Below, piece by piece: positions 12,655-27,278 of a DNA stretch of 64,000 bases. Source of the DNA: Eledone cirrhosa (taxonomy: Eukaryota). Both the position numbers and the translations under genes were made by a program. Numbering within the stretch: the first letter of the stretch is position 1; each line of letters starts with the position of its first letter. The notes under the pieces are model-generated. The model was not told the origin of the DNA and did not search any database. It saw nothing but the letters and a program-made list of their open reading frames with translations. The DNA is taken from NCBI GenBank assembly GCA_964016885.1, contig OZ024743.1, positions 39,618,001-39,682,000 of the forward strand, written 5' to 3'.

Positions 12655-13959
12655 AGGAAAAACGTTGAAATTTCGTTTATATTTTAGATAATTTGCGTGT
12701 CAGATTCCTGGATTTTACAGGAGCATATACCACGATGATGGCCCGTCCCTTTCGAGCCATAGGTGTGTGTGTGTTCATATCTATATATAAAGAGATACAT
12801 ATATATTAAACAAATTTATATTTATACTACACCTGCAATTTTAAATAGAATGTACCAAGAACTAAAATCATTTTAGAACTGAGGTAGGAACTGAATATCA
12901 TAAATGTTGACACAGCCAACAGTTGCTCCAGCACATTTACCGATCTGTTGTAATGTTCATAATGTTTAGCACGTTGTTAATATTAATGCATGAAAAAGAA
13001 AGTCCGTTTGAGATTCTAATAACATCAACAATATGAATCCAGGTGGCCAGAGTTATTAGTTGTTGCTTGCTCGCTGATGTTCTGTATTCACTATTATACG
13101 ATGTTTCTGGCATCCTATTATAAATGGCATCAGATGATAATTCACCTTAGGGATTTAGATAAAAGTATAGATAGATAAAGTATGAGAAAGATTGGAAGGG
13201 GGATATGAATAGAAAGGTTGGGAGACTGTTGGAGAAATGTATAGATAGTATTATCAAAAAGCCTTGAAAGTAAAGTGAGCGTGAGAAAGGGAGAGAGAGG
13301 TTTTTGATATTGAAAGTGAAACGAGGAGAGAATGCAGAAAAAGAAATGTATGGATAGAACCAGTGAAAACACATGAGATTGGAAAGAGAGAGGCTAATGG
13401 TTTATCTATAAATAATAGAAAGACGAAGGGGCGAGAGAAATAAGAATAGACATGGCGCAGGGATGTAGAGGAGAGGGAAACAAATAAGATAGTATAAATA
13501 TAGATATGTAGCCATAGTATTTTCAGATTTCCACATTGCACCAGTATATCAGCTGTAATTAATTTACAAGCCAGGGATTCAATTGTAGTCGTTTCCTAAA
13601 ATACAAGGATTAATCGCATTAGCCTCTAGATGCATATTTGCAGCTGGATGTATTGCAGATAATTTACTGTGAATATTAGAATATGAAAACACGTATTCTT
13701 GAATATTTGATTTTTCTGAGTATGTGTTCAGTCATTAGCAATGATTCATCAGTATAAACCTTAAATGAACATATGTCCCTGAGCGAACAAGTAACACAAA
13801 TAATTATATATGGATTGTTGTCCGTACGTATTTAATTCCGCTCCTAAATTAGGCCTTCAAGGGCCAATTTGGGGAAAATATATATTCAAACTTATCAAGT
13901 TATATTGACGAAGACAACAAGAGTATTCATACAATATATATAGTATTGATTCAATATAA

Positions 13960-14195
13960 TTTAACAAAATTTATTTTGACGACCCCAGAAGTTTGTAATG
14001 TAAAATTAACCTCGTCAGTATTTGAAATTTGATCGCAAAAAACCTAACATATCTCTCGAGTCGTTTGTCTGAAGGTCACTCGATTTTGACAAACACCTCG
14101 TTTCAAATGTAACATTATATCTCGGTGTTGATAAAATAAAATACCAGTAATGCACTGGGGTAGTTGCTGGCCTTGTGCCAAAAGTAGAAACAATT
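13960..14195. mobile_element. Two decayed SINE fragments in opposite orientation
   Basis: GATAAAATAAAATACCAGTAATGCACTGGG...GGCCTTGTGCCAAAAGTAGAAAC (+) at ~14130-14195 and a rc remnant at ~13965-14030. Confidence 0.55.
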
Positions 14196-15497
14196 ATATG
14201 CACACACAAATAAATATATGTTTTCGTACATAATTGTATACGTTTGTACCTACGTGTGTATGTCTCTATAATTATCACAGTGTGTATGGTTATAGGAGTG
14301 TATCAGTATATGAATAAATTATATTGATGAAAGATGCAAAACCTATAGATTTATAATCGAATATTTTAAAGTTATAAAAAGAAATCCCTGAAAAATTAAA
14401 TGTCAATATAAATTTGAATTCACGGTGCAGGAAATGAAACACATTGGATTTATAACATGCCAGGTAACTTTATACCTAATCACTTTATTTGATCAGTGGC
14501 ATATGTGTATGTTCTTAGGAAGTGAGTCTACATTCTGACCTATAATAATTATATATGTAGACCGGGTGAAAACGTACACATATTATCGAGCGTGGGAATA
14601 GTATCGCCTCTCAAGGTTTGAAGATATACGACGTTCTACAGTGAATGCCCGGAGTAATATAGAGGAAGTAATCCCCATCCCTAGTAATCAACTTGTACAT
14701 TTTTATCGATTTCAAACCAGGAGAATAACAGGTGACCTCAAAGGATTTTTAACATGGAGGGCATGGAGCAATAACGAATGTTGCAAACATTTATCCGAAA
14801 TTCTCATGCCCATGCCGGTTCGTCGTCTGTAAGATAATATTTATTTACACTATTTCTAGCGTACTGAGGATTTTTACGTCATGAATGGTTGTTATAGCTT
14901 CCCTTCGACATCATATGATCGCGGTTTCGAGGCATCTTCATCAAGTGTTTTGCACTAGCTCGCTGCCGACTCAAATCTTGGGGAAATGTAAAATGCCTGG
15001 AAGCACCGAATATCTCTGATGATATACGTTCCTATGGAATATTCAAATTGTTTTAATTATCTCCTGAGTTGGACTTTTATTTAATTCTGATTGTCGAACC
15101 TAAAGGATAATCTATTATCATCATTTTCATCGTTAGTTTTCAAGTGTAAAATACATAGATGCATACACTTGTGTCTGCCCTCTTATATCCATGCACATCT
15201 GCATATGTTTGTGTTTAGGTGAACACATTTGTTGATGGCAGTATACAAGTATACGCACCGAGTAAAATATATAACATCTTTGATATCACAGGCGTTAGCT
15301 AATATGTTGTAATACATAGAATAATACAATTCAAGTTTCTCGACTCATATATATGCAAATATAATAGACACGTACATAGATATATTGCAAGACACATTGT
15401 ACAAAAATATATATGCAGTGAGAGAGGGCGGTGGATAGAAGTGGTAGAAATGTTTGTGAGCATATGTATACAAGTATAACATGGGCACAGATTCATG

Positions 15498-15590
<93 letters not shown>

Positions 15591-15591
15591 C

Positions 15592-16787
15592 AGTTTACAT
15601 ATATATATACATACATATACATATACGTGTTTTGCAACTGGTCACTTTGTGGCTCAATGAAAAATTAATAAATTAAACAATCAGAGCTATATATCATAAA
15701 ACATGTCTATAGAATCACAAGATAAAATATATACTATTTCCTCTCCCAATTACCATAATTAACTATATAAAAAATCGAATAGACCAGGCTGTAAGAATGA
15801 AGCTTCTATGAAGAAATCTCCGACAAATAACCGAAACTAGCGCTTCGCGTCGGCCGTAGCGGGATATTTATCGAATATTTCGCAGCGTAATCGCCCAGAT
15901 ATAGTCAACTAAACAGAATTAGGTGTAAAATAAACTAGGAGAAAATAGAATACATTTAAATACCTCTACCAAGGTTTCGTCCGTATTTTGAGTTTTCCAA
16001 TAATTATGCAATAATTATATAAACTCGAGCGCCTGATTCATCAGGAAGCTCGCTCTTTTCTAGACACTAAATTTTCCAAAGTGGTCGCGCCAAGAATTCA
16101 TTTCAAAATGGCTAAAAATCGTGACGTAGTCGCGGTCAGGTTGGAAGGAGTGTGGTAGTTGCTTACGACTGGTGGCATTTTTGCTAGAAACCACAGCACA
16201 ATACAGCCAAATTTGTATCTCAACCTAATGGGAGATTATTACATATTAAAGTTTACATATATATATACATACATATACATATACGTGTTTTGCAACTGGT
16301 CACTTTGTGGCTCAATGAAAAATTAATAAATTAAACAATCAGAGCTATATATCATAAAACATGTCTATAGAATCACAAGATAAAATATATACTACTTCCT
16401 CTCCCAATTAGCATAATTAACTATATAAAAAATCGAATAGACCAGGCTATAAGAGTGAGACTTCTATGAAGAAATCTCCTACAAATAACCGAAACTAGGG
16501 CTTCGCGTCGGCCGTAACGCAATATTTATCGAATATTTCGACAGCGTAATCGTCCAGATATAGTCAACTAAACAGATTAGGTGTAAAATAAACTAGGAGA
16601 AAATATATAGCTCTGATTGTTTAATTTATTAATTTTTCATTGAGCCACAAAGTGACCAGTTGCAAAACACGTATATGTATATGTATGTATATATATATAT
16701 GTAAACTTTTATATGTAATAATCTCCCATTAGGTGAGATACAAATTTGGCTCTATTGTGCTGTGGTTTCTAGCAAAAATGCCACCAT
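15592..16787. mobile_element. Non-autonomous repeat: partial tandem (~658-bp period) plus terminal inversion
   Basis: 15592-15946 is repeated at 16250-16604; 16604-16787 is the rc of ~16172-16352; bounded by (TA)n. Confidence 0.75.
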
Positions 16788-16824
16788 TATATATTTTATC
16801 TTGTGATTCTATAGACATGTTTTA

Positions 16825-16891
<67 letters not shown>

Positions 16892-17040
16892 TAGATATAG
16901 ATATAGATATATATGTGTGTGTGTGTAAGTGTGTGGAAGTGTGTGCGTGCGCCGAATGTGTTTGTGTGTGTTTGTGTGTGTGTGTGTTGAGGTATATGCA
17001 CGTACATACACGCACGCATAATTCTTAGGTATATATATAT

Positions 17041-17075
<35 letters not shown>

Positions 17076-17399
17076 AACAGAAATATTGGCAGGTTTCATT
17101 CATCATCATCACCACCATATAATATCACGTGACGCAGCCGTACAAGTTCATTTATCGAAATATCGAAATATGTAAGTGTGTAACGGAGTTAATTTCTATC
17201 GTATTAAGAGTACATTAAATATTGATAATGAAGCTTAACACTTGTTAGGTAAATAGGGTTAGATGTAATGCTGCTTGCTCACTGATAGAGACAGATTTGT
17301 TCAAGTGTGAGATATAGTCTAATTATATAGAGACGATGAACTAGCCGATATACGTTGAAACACACAATCATGCCTGCGCACATACATTCACATATATAA

Positions 17400-17435
<36 letters not shown>

Positions 17436-17468
17436 GTGTGTGTGTGTGTATGCATGTATCTCTCTCTT

Positions 17469-17581
<113 letters not shown>

Positions 17582-20182
17582 ATATATATATATACACATA
17601 CATGTATACCTACATATACATATACATATGAATATATACACGATATATTTAATATATATTTTTCATATTTACATTTTGAATATATTCGCAATAAAACATT
17701 TCCATTTTTATCTACATAACACCTTTTATAAATATATTTTTTTAACAAAATTCTATAAGCGGCTTATTCTCTGGGTGACAATAGAATTATACCAGGCGTT
17801 GATGGTTCACAAGGAAATTATGTTATATATATATAGCGTACTTTATTGTTTTCGGTAAATTATGTATCAGACATATCTTCTGTGTAAGTACTGCGCTGGA
17901 ATATTTGAGAAAGTGAAAATATTACACCTATTGTTTGAACGTATATTGAATTATTCAGCAAAACGTTGGCTGCATGCGCTAAGGTTGGAGTTGTTTTTGA
18001 TATATTTTATGAGGATATTTTATATATTTATATTATAATGTTTCTATGTATTATGTAAGAACTTTTTATATACTTTTCTATCAATTTTTTTCTTATATAT
18101 TTTTGTACTAGAATTTGTGTATATTTTGTATGAGAAATTTCATGCTGAAAGTTGAATTCTTGCACAATTTTTGATTTCTATTTTATGTGTTAAGTTATTC
18201 TTTAATTTTCGTGTTTTTTTTTTTGTTTTTTTTATCCAGAAATCTCTATGTTCAATCATACTGATTCTCAATGATAAAGATATAGAAAATTCATATAAAA
18301 TAATATCTAACTAGAGATCATTGTGATACATTATTGCATGTATTCTCTCATATACGCCTTCATATATTCACACTGATCTAATCATACATACAAATATTTA
18401 TGTATATGTTTTTTTGTGTACGCATGTATATACAAATATATACACGCGTATATATATATATATACGCGTGTATATATATATATATATATATATATAAAGA
18501 GAGAGAGATAGAGAGAGAGTGAGATAAACATAGCTAGAGAGAGAGAGAGTGAGAGAGAGAGGGAGAGAGAGCGAGAGAGATAACACATGTATATCTCTAT
18601 ATATGAGTAACACTGTTATTAAGGTTTTTGTGAGATATTGTTGCGTGTCTCCTGCATATGATTTCAAACAGTAATGTCTCTTTATCAATCATCAGGGTTT
18701 CTAGACATTTTACCATGCGTAAAACGTTAGACAATGTGACAGCTACGTTTAATACATATAAATATAATTTAGGTAGATTTTATCACCACGTTTGCGGCAT
18801 TCCATCTAGCATCAATATAAATGAAGACTTTACAAAAATACATAGTGTTGATGACAGAAGAGCGTAATATGTTCAGGCTACTGTAATATTTAGGTAGGAC
18901 GACGATGTTATATCAAAGGATGACTTGGAAAGCAACTCCTTGTTGAAATTTAGCATCCAGATTAATAGAATCATAACAGAATTTCTTCAGAAACAAAAAC
19001 AGATTGATGATTACAACCATATACATCAAAGGCCCAAATGAATATATATCGTGACGTGGGGGAAATGCATATCTACCCAATTACAGAATACCACCCGTAT
19101 CATCACTATATTGATTATACACTCCTAAAAGCAATAGGTACAAAGGAAAACTACAATTAAAAACAGTTTTCTAACAAATTAGTTTAACAATTCATCGAAA
19201 ATACAGGCATATATTGTAGTAGAGAGACTACAATCTGATCCGAATTTGAGTTTTCCTAATGTTTGATCAGCGCAACATTGTATTAGGTATGTGTATACTA
19301 TATTCCCGAGGCAGTAAATGTTATTAACGGATTATAGACTATAAAATCAACTTCGATATCATACCACTGTTGTATGAGTTCCCAAATAGCATATATCTAC
19401 GTGGGCTAGGGCTTGATTCATTATTGTAACACGAAAGGAGGCACCTACATGCTATTGAGCATGCACTTACAGATTTTACAGGTTCTGGCGACGAAGAAAT
19501 TCACACTAAATTCATTATATGTTTGTCCTTTGTGTCTTCATGGTCAAACCTAATCCAACGTACCTCTCATTAAACATATTCCAAATGTGTTCATCCCGTT
19601 GTTTTCCATATATTATGAGAGAATAAAACCTATGATACTATTTTAGTAATAAATTAATCCTAAAGTAAAATGAAAACATGATCGTTCTATATGAGTAGAA
19701 CGGTTAGTCATAGTTAGACGGCTTTAAAACTAAGGTTTGCGTGGATGATTCGACATTGTGTGATTGTTGTTATTGTGATATATGACAGGAGAACGTTAAT
19801 TCTGCCGATCTCGCACGATTATGATAACGCATATAATTCCCTTATGTAATATATAATTTATTTAAACATTACATAGTGAGAGGATTTGCAGAGAACTTTC
19901 ACCGTCTTCAATTCTCCAACGACATGACATCGACGAGATTAAGAAAATTATGGGGATGTTATAAACAGAGAAAATAAAGCGCTATATCTGTAGTTTAGGA
20001 TTGAAGTTTCGTATGAACAATGTCAACTTTGATTCCTTCAAGGAATTAACGTTTTGTAATGAAATTATCAAGAGAATTAGTAAGGCCGTGCTACAGTTAG
20101 TCGATAATATTTTGAACCAAGTTTAATGTGAATTAACTTTGAACAGACTGTCAGTAAATGTCGCTCTTGAAATCACATTTGT

Positions 20183-20337
<155 letters not shown>

Positions 20338-21879
20338 TTAAGGGTACTATTTATGGCTATGTATGCAATAAAACCTTTAATGGTAATATATTATATATAC
20401 ACAAACCCTAAATAGTGAAAGATAGTCATTAATTACTATCCTATTACCAGTAAGATAAATAGCACAATGTATTAACATCAGTTGTTTTACAGAGCAGTTA
20501 TATAGAGATTACAATAATCAAAGTTCAGTTTAAGTCATTTATTTGCTTACAATTGTTTCCTCCAAACCGAGGTTTGGTTTCTTCGGAGCAACTATTTACT
20601 GATCTATAACATACTTGACCTCCTTTTCAACCAAGAGACACATAAAACATATGCGCATATTTATCAACAGTGGGGTGACATTCATCAAATGATATAGCAT
20701 GGCAATTTACATATAAAGGTTACAGGATAAACATAAAATAAAAACAAGAATGAAAATAAAGATAAACATGAAGCGTTGGCAGTCTATGAAGATAAAGCAA
20801 GAGGAAAGTTTAGAGTAGTCAGTGTATGAAACAGTCTCACGTGTAGCATGCACGCGTGTCTTATTTATACATGATTAGAGTGCGTCAGAATGATATTTGC
20901 AGGGTCAGGCAGTTGAAGCAGGCAATCGATCTTATTATGTGGGCTAGATTATTAAGTCATTTATTCTCATACATCTGTATGATATACAGTCTCGGATGCA
21001 GGGAAACACCAAAATATCAAAAACTATCCACACACTAAAAACCTTATTGTATCGTAGGCAAAGCCGTACCACTGTCTTCGCTCACTCCACCACTCACATA
21101 ATCCATGAGACGCAATATATATAGAGAACACTTGTCTATCGTATAATTCGCGGTGGTTCAGCATATAATCAAGCTATAAACCGTATCCAGTCGGTTCTTA
21201 ATTAATAGATCGTGCTGAATAACGTATATCTTTAACTTTGGAGATTTTGATAACTTAAACTATAACTAATTTTGTATTGACTTATTATGTATTTTAAATA
21301 CTTTCAATATTAATTAATTTAATAAGGTTTTCTAGTCATTTATCCGGGTTTGATTCCTAATTGTTTTACTTAACTGCTTGTGACACCTAAGTAAATATAT
21401 TTGTTTTTGTTTTTCGATTTCCGGTTGATTTTATTTATATTTTTTTTACTACCGAGCGTAGTTTCTGTCTGGTTCTTATTCACTTATTCCCATATGTCTG
21501 TCTACCAACCATGTAATTATGTATACTATACTATGTTTGTTATTTGATATTGAAGTTGTTATATCATATATCTTTATGTAATCGTACTATAGATCTTAAA
21601 TATTTACCGATTATTCGATGTACCCTTATGTTAAATTTTGGAAATTCTGTAATATGTTTATATTTTTATGATTTTTATAATGTTTAGATAATATTTATTT
21701 ATACCAATTGTATAAAAACTCGACCTCCGTCTGTTTTGTTACAACGGTATAGATATTTTTCCAGCACAATTTTTTCAACACAATTCAATTCTGTATGATA
21801 ATTTTTCTCACCCTGTGTGTAACTTTATATGATTTGTTAAGTTATATGGCTTTCCAAACATAAATGTTGTATTTATAGC

Positions 21880-22275
21880 TCTTTTCAGGTGGTGGGAGAG
21901 GGCGGGAATGGAATGGGTAGAGGTCATTGGTTGATATAAAGGGAATTCATTAAAAGCTAATTCTTTAAAGCTATAATTCATATTTAGAGCGACAAAGGCA
22001 GAAAGAATTCTATAAACAAGTTTAAAATGGCTTACCACTCCTTATTTTTAAGTTTCTCTTAAGCTAACAATGCCTATATTTCAGGTGTCTATAAGATCGT
22101 TGGGGGTCGGTCATGGTTGATGGATTTAAAGAAAAAGGAAATTCTTTAAAAGCTAATTCTTTAAAGTTCTATTTAGAGTGACGAAGGCCAAGATAATTCT
22201 ATAAATCAGTTCAAAATATTGGGTGCCTATCATATCATTATCTTCAAATTTCTCTTAAGCTATATTCCGGGTGTC
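21880..22275 (-). repeat. Diverged ~185-bp tandem duplication related to the internal part of the 7830-8370 repeat
   Basis: AAAGCTAATTCTTTAAAG and TTCTCTTAAGCTA occur twice; GGTTGATGGATTTAAAGAAAAAGGAAATTC matches the rc of 8125-8160. Confidence 0.5.
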
Positions 22276-22427
22276 GACAGACACATCCACTTACACACAC
22301 ACATACACACACACATATATATATACATACATATACGTATATGTATATTCTACAGTTCTTATATATTTGATATATATTTATCCTTATCGGGCCCTCTTTG
22401 GATTTTAGTCTTCAAATTTATTATTAT

Positions 22428-22486
<59 letters not shown>

Positions 22487-22613
22487 TATATACATATATA
22501 TACATATACATATACTCACACATATGCATATATATATGTATATATATATATATATATATGTACACACACTTATATACATATATATACACATACACATATA
22601 TATATACACATAC

Positions 22614-22644
<31 letters not shown>

Positions 22645-22839
22645 TACACACATATATATACACATATACACACACATATATATGTATATATACATACACA
22701 CATACACACACATACGCATACATGCATACATAAAATACACATTCATACATACATATATATACATATATATACATAAATATATATATATTTATATATAAAG
22801 AATGAATAATAACAGGTAGACATCATAAAAAGGTAGTTT

Positions 22840-22963
22840 ATTCCGTGTGCTTACAAGTGTTTCCACGGTGGTACTGCAGCCTAGTTCCGCTACGTGCAAA
22901 TTCACAAGTATTTGCAGAACTCGAATATCCAATGCTGTGACCACTGTTTCCTCAGAGCAGAAT
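22840..22963 (-). ncRNA. Hammerhead ribozyme with ~85-nt branched stem II (copy 1)
   Basis: Reverse complement of the 28135-28258 motif. Confidence 0.75.
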
Positions 22964-23452
22964 GGTAAATATACAATGCAAAAACCCTTAAGTGGGGTTG
23001 TTGGGGAAGATAGAGTGGAACAGGAAGAAAGAAAAGTAGGGAAGATGGAGAGAGAAGGAAAGATATGCAGGGGTTGGAGAAGTAGGAGAGAGTGGCTTGT
23101 AGATATCTTAATCAAAATGTTATGGTAGGGGTTTTATTAGTTACTTTTGGAGAGATGCGTAGATAGTTGAGGTCGGAATTATTTATTGCCCCAGAGGTCA
23201 AGTTCATAGATGTTGAGAGGGAGGTAGGTCAAAGGTGAGAGAGAGAGAGTGTAATGGATGTAGAGAGAGATATATAGGTAGAGAGGGGACAGATAAAGTA
23301 TATGCGGTGAGTGAACTTTTGGTTTTGTAGTAGTAATCTAGGAATTGTACTGAGTTACCATGTATAGTGATAAGCAGTGTATTGTCTTGTAGTGTGGGGG
23401 AGAAGAGAAGGTTGTTAGCTAGAAAGTGGTGTTGTAGTTACGGGTTCGAATG

Positions 23453-25780
23453 TTAAGTTATTTTATAGTGAGAGAATTTAGCTTTTAGTTTGTGGTTGCA
23501 GTATAATGATCGTTCAATTCTATCGTTAAGTAGTTTGTTTTTGGATTTTAGTATGTAAAATAGCTCAAGGTTACATAACCTGCAGTACTTCAAACCACTC
23601 CGATATGCATTTGCGCTGGAAAGTATATCCCATTTTAAGGTGAACTGTTGGTTGTGTTCACGGAGTTGCCAGGTCTTGTTGGCGAGCGTGGTCACAAAAC
23701 GGTGATTCTGATGTTTGATTGAGAATCGATGACGGTACCAGCGAGATTTAAACGATGTGGTGGTAGATCCGATATAATACCATTTCTGGTCGTCCGATTC
23801 AACCGTGCATTGGTAAACAATGTTGGACTTTAGGCATTCATTCTGCAATGGACATCTTTCAGGTAGATGGCAGTTACATGCTTTGTTGTGGGTAGCGGGT
23901 ATACCATGGATAGGTTGTGATAGCGGTACAGGTGGGTTGTGCAATATCCGTCTCCCATTTAGTGGTTGGGAGGCAGATATTGCGTTCTGCCCACCTGTTA
24001 CTAAAATGTTTTGTTTTGTAGAGTTGTTTAATTGCCTTAAGTTAAGTTTTTTTATGTAAGCTTCAAGGTTTGGTGCCGTGGAGTATGATAGTCTAATAGT
24101 TTTGGAGTTCAGAATTTTGCTGTACTTATGGGAACTAGGGAAGTGTTTATTGATTAATTTAAAGAATGAAAGAGATAGTTTTGTACTAATCGAGGCATTA
24201 AAAATAGGATTATACCAGATATACTTTCTACAACGTGATTTATTTGGTGGTGAACTTCTATTATTAGTATGTCTGGTAGTATAGTGTGTGTGTGCTTGTG
24301 TTTTAGTCCCCCGGTTACGTATACCTTGATTACGTGTAGAGCTATGTGTGTTGTGGAAATTACTATCGATGTATTCTATTGTATCCCGGTGGTCAGCATT
24401 CCTTAATGCATTATTGTAGTATTCAGCATGCTCGCTAAAAATATCAGAGTTAGACGATAGGCGAGAGATTCTAAGAGAAATACTCCGGGGAACTGATTTG
24501 ATCATGGAGAGTGGGTGGTTAGAGTTAAAGTTAATATACGTAAGGTTCTCATTTACCTTGTGGAAGGGTCGTATCTGTCCGGTATTTAAATTAAGAGTTA
24601 CGTCCAGAAAGTTTACTACCTTAAGATTGTATTCGTATGTTATTTTTAGGCCCAGTTCACTAAAAGATTTTCTAATATTTTTCCGTAGCCTTTCAAGATT
24701 TTGGTTATTCAAGTTATTAACTAATAAGAGCCCGTCATCTCTATATATCCCCCCCTGTAGATTACTAAATCTACTATGTAATATGTGGGCTATGTAAATT
24801 CCCACGAGATCCGTGACCTCCGCCGAGTCGTTGGAACCCATGGTAATATCGAAATTTGTGGGTCTGTCCTTACGTTCCCAGTAGCAGTTATCGAACTTAA
24901 TAATGGTTTTTCTAGCCTCGAGAATAATATTAATTTCTTCCTCCGTTAGGTCGGAATTGGCCTTAGCAAACGATAGGGCCTTACGTAAAGTGCTTGGTGA
25001 GATGGAAGAGTAGTATTCGTCTATGTCAAATTGTATAAACTTAGATTTATTCTTATTCTTAACATTATTAAACCAGCGAATTGCTTCGCTAGTGTTGCCC
25101 CATAATTTAATTTCAATTTTCTTTTTCACTTGAGTTATTACTCTGTCAAGTATATGTTTACTAATTTTCCCTATGTCTGATTTAGAAGGGCATATAAGTC
25201 TAATCTTAGGGTTAGAGTCAAAATTTACCTTATGGTCCTTCAGGTTGAAGGTGGGGGTAGCGGGTATAATCGGCTCGGTTCTATCGTCTATCTTGAGATT
25301 CTTTACCACTTTGTATGCCTCGTTGTTAATATTTGCTAGCGTAGTTTCATTTGTTTTTCTATATTTTTTGTGTAGTTCGTTGCGTATGAAGTTATTATAC
25401 GTATCGATATCCATGGTATACACGTTAGAAGTCTTGTCAGCTTTCACAACAATTCCATTGGTATTTTGCAATCTTCGGAGTAGTGCTTTCATGTTGTTCT
25501 GCAGCTCATTATTTCTATGTCTGTTGAACTTAATGTTCATGGTAGTTTTCAATAAGTCCTGTTCGAAAGCTTCGAGGTGAGGGTTTGTAGGTGGGTTTTT
25601 ACATGATTTAAAACCATATGATTCAGACGAGTGATTGGCGCGTCCTTTATCGAAGTGGAAAGCTTTCCATCGTACACGCCGAATGAAGTCGTTACTGCGT
25701 TGAATCATACTGAGAATATATTCCCTTTTGTTAGGTATAGGTATGTTTTTAAGTGACATACCTATATGATGCCTTTCCAT
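23453..25780 (-). CDS. PLE polyprotein: RT + CxC-x5-CPL-x3-C linker + GIY-YIG endonuclease (Hydra-clade-like), intact, 775 aa
   Basis: SLKNIPIP N-terminus, KADKT, FIQFDIDEYYSSI, MGSNDSAEVTDLVG, IYRDDG, NFLDVTLNL, NHP, CNCHLPERCPLQNECL, NIVY...YYIGST, CRLC, LLNDRIE. Confidence 0.95.
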   Translation of the reverse strand: MERHHIGMSLKNIPIPNKREYILSMIQRSNDFIRRVRWKAFHFDKGRANHSSESYGFKSCKNPPTNPHLEAFEQDLLKTTMNIKFNRHRNNELQNNMKALLRRLQNTNGIVVKADKTSNVYTMDIDTYNNFIRNELHKKYRKTNETTLANINNEAYKVVKNLKIDDRTEPIIPATPTFNLKDHKVNFDSNPKIRLICPSKSDIGKISKHILDRVITQVKKKIEIKLWGNTSEAIRWFNNVKNKNKSKFIQFDIDEYYSSISPSTLRKALSFAKANSDLTEEEINIILEARKTIIKFDNCYWERKDRPTNFDITMGSNDSAEVTDLVGIYIAHILHSRFSNLQGGIYRDDGLLLVNNLNNQNLERLRKNIRKSFSELGLKITYEYNLKVVNFLDVTLNLNTGQIRPFHKVNENLTYINFNSNHPLSMIKSVPRSISLRISRLSSNSDIFSEHAEYYNNALRNADHRDTIEYIDSNFHNTHSSTRNQGIRNRGTKTQAHTHYTTRHTNNRSSPPNKSRCRKYIWYNPIFNASISTKLSLSFFKLINKHFPSSHKYSKILNSKTIRLSYSTAPNLEAYIKKLNLRQLNNSTKQNILVTGGQNAISASQPLNGRRILHNPPVPLSQPIHGIPATHNKACNCHLPERCPLQNECLKSNIVYQCTVESDDQKWYYIGSTTTSFKSRWYRHRFSIKHQNHRFVTTLANKTWQLREHNQQFTLKWDILSSANAYRSGLKYCRLCNLELFYILKSKNKLLNDRIERSLYCNHKLKAKFSHYKIT

Positions 25781-26017
25781 ATTAATGCCGTGTGTCGATG
25801 TGGTTGCTCAACTATGTAGGAGACGATTATTAGGTATAGGATTATCCAAGATGCAGTGATGGTTAATTACTACACTGGATATGGTTGACGTACGGTAAGA
25901 GGTTACTCTACGAGTTATGGAAGAATTGTTCAAGAAACTTAGTTCCTGATCCTTCAGTATTCCGGAGTGTATATAAAGAATGAATAATAACAGGTAGACA
26001 TCATAAAAAGGTAGTTT

Positions 26018-26141
26018 ATTCCGTGTGCTTACAAGTGTTTCCACGGTGGTACTGCAGCCTAGTTCCGCTACGTGCAAATTCACAAGTATTTGCAGAACTC
26101 GAATATCCAATGCTGTGACCACTGTTTCCTCAGAGCAGAAT
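26018..26141 (-). ncRNA. Hammerhead ribozyme with ~85-nt branched stem II (copy 2)
   Basis: Mirror image of 28135-28258. Confidence 0.75.
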
Positions 26142-26630
26142 GGTAAATATACAATGCAAAAACCCTTAAGTGGGGTTGTTGGGGAAGATAGAGTGGAACA
26201 GGAAGAGAGAAAAGTAGGGAAGATGGAGAGAGAAGGAAAGATATGCAGGGGTTGGAGAAGTAGGAGAGAGTGGCTTGTAGATATCTTAATCAAAATGTTA
26301 TGGTAGGGGTTTTATTAGTTACTTTTGGAGAGATGCGTAGATAGTTGAGGTCGGAATTATTTATTGCCCCAGAGGTCAAGTTCATAGATGTTGAGAGGGA
26401 GGTAGGTCAAAGGTGAGAGAGAGAGAGTGTAATGGATGTAGAGAGAGATATATAGGTAGAGAGGGGACAGATAAAGTATATGTGGTGAGTGAACTTTTGG
26501 TTTTGTAGTAGTAATCTAGGAATTGTACTGAGTTACCATGTATAGTGATAAGCAGTGTATTGTCTTGTAGTGTGGGGGAGAAGAGAAGGTTGTTAGCTAG
26601 AAAGTGGTGTTGTAGTTACGGGTTCGAATG

Positions 26631-27278
26631 TTAAGTTATTTTATAGTGAGAGAATTTAGCTTTTAGTTTGTGGTTGCAGTATAATGATCGTTCAATTCTA
26701 TCGTTAAGTAGTTTGTTTTTGGATTTTAGTATGTAAAATAGCTCAAGGTTACATAACCTGCAGTACTTCAAACCACTCCGATATGCATTTGCGCTGGAAA
26801 GTATATCCCATTTTAAGGTGAACTGTTGGTTGTGTTCACGGAGTTGCCAGGTCTTGTTGGCGAGCGTGGTCACAAAACGGTGATTCTGATGTTTGATTGA
26901 GAATCGATGACGGTACCAGCGAGATTTAAACGATGTGGTGGTAGATCCGATATAATACCATTTCTGGTCGTCCGATTCAACCGTGCATTGGTAAACAATG
27001 TTGGACTTTAGGCATTCATTCTGCAATGGACATCTTTCAGGTAGATGGCAGTTACATGCTTTGTTGTGGGTAGCGGGTATACCATGGATAGGTTGTGATA
27101 GCGGTACAGGTGGGTTGTGCAATATCCGTCTCCCATTTAATGGGAGACGGATATTGCACAACCCACCTGTACCGCTATCACAACCTATCCATGGTATACC
27201 CGCTACCCACAACAAAGCATGTAACTGCCATCTACCTGAAAGATGTCCATTGCAGAATGAATGCCTAAAGTCCAACAT
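26631..27278 (-). CDS. Chimeric 215-aa ORF across the palindrome axis: antisense-derived N-terminus + Cys-rich linker + GIY-YIG domain
   Basis: C-terminal ~168 aa identical to the PLE endonuclease; created by the inversion junction. Confidence 0.45.
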   Translation of the reverse strand: MLDFRHSFCNGHLSGRWQLHALLWVAGIPWIGCDSGTGGLCNIRLPLNGRRILHNPPVPLSQPIHGIPATHNKACNCHLPERCPLQNECLKSNIVYQCTVESDDQKWYYIGSTTTSFKSRWYRHRFSIKHQNHRFVTTLANKTWQLREHNQQFTLKWDILSSANAYRSGLKYCRLCNLELFYILKSKNKLLNDRIERSLYCNHKLKAKFSHYKIT

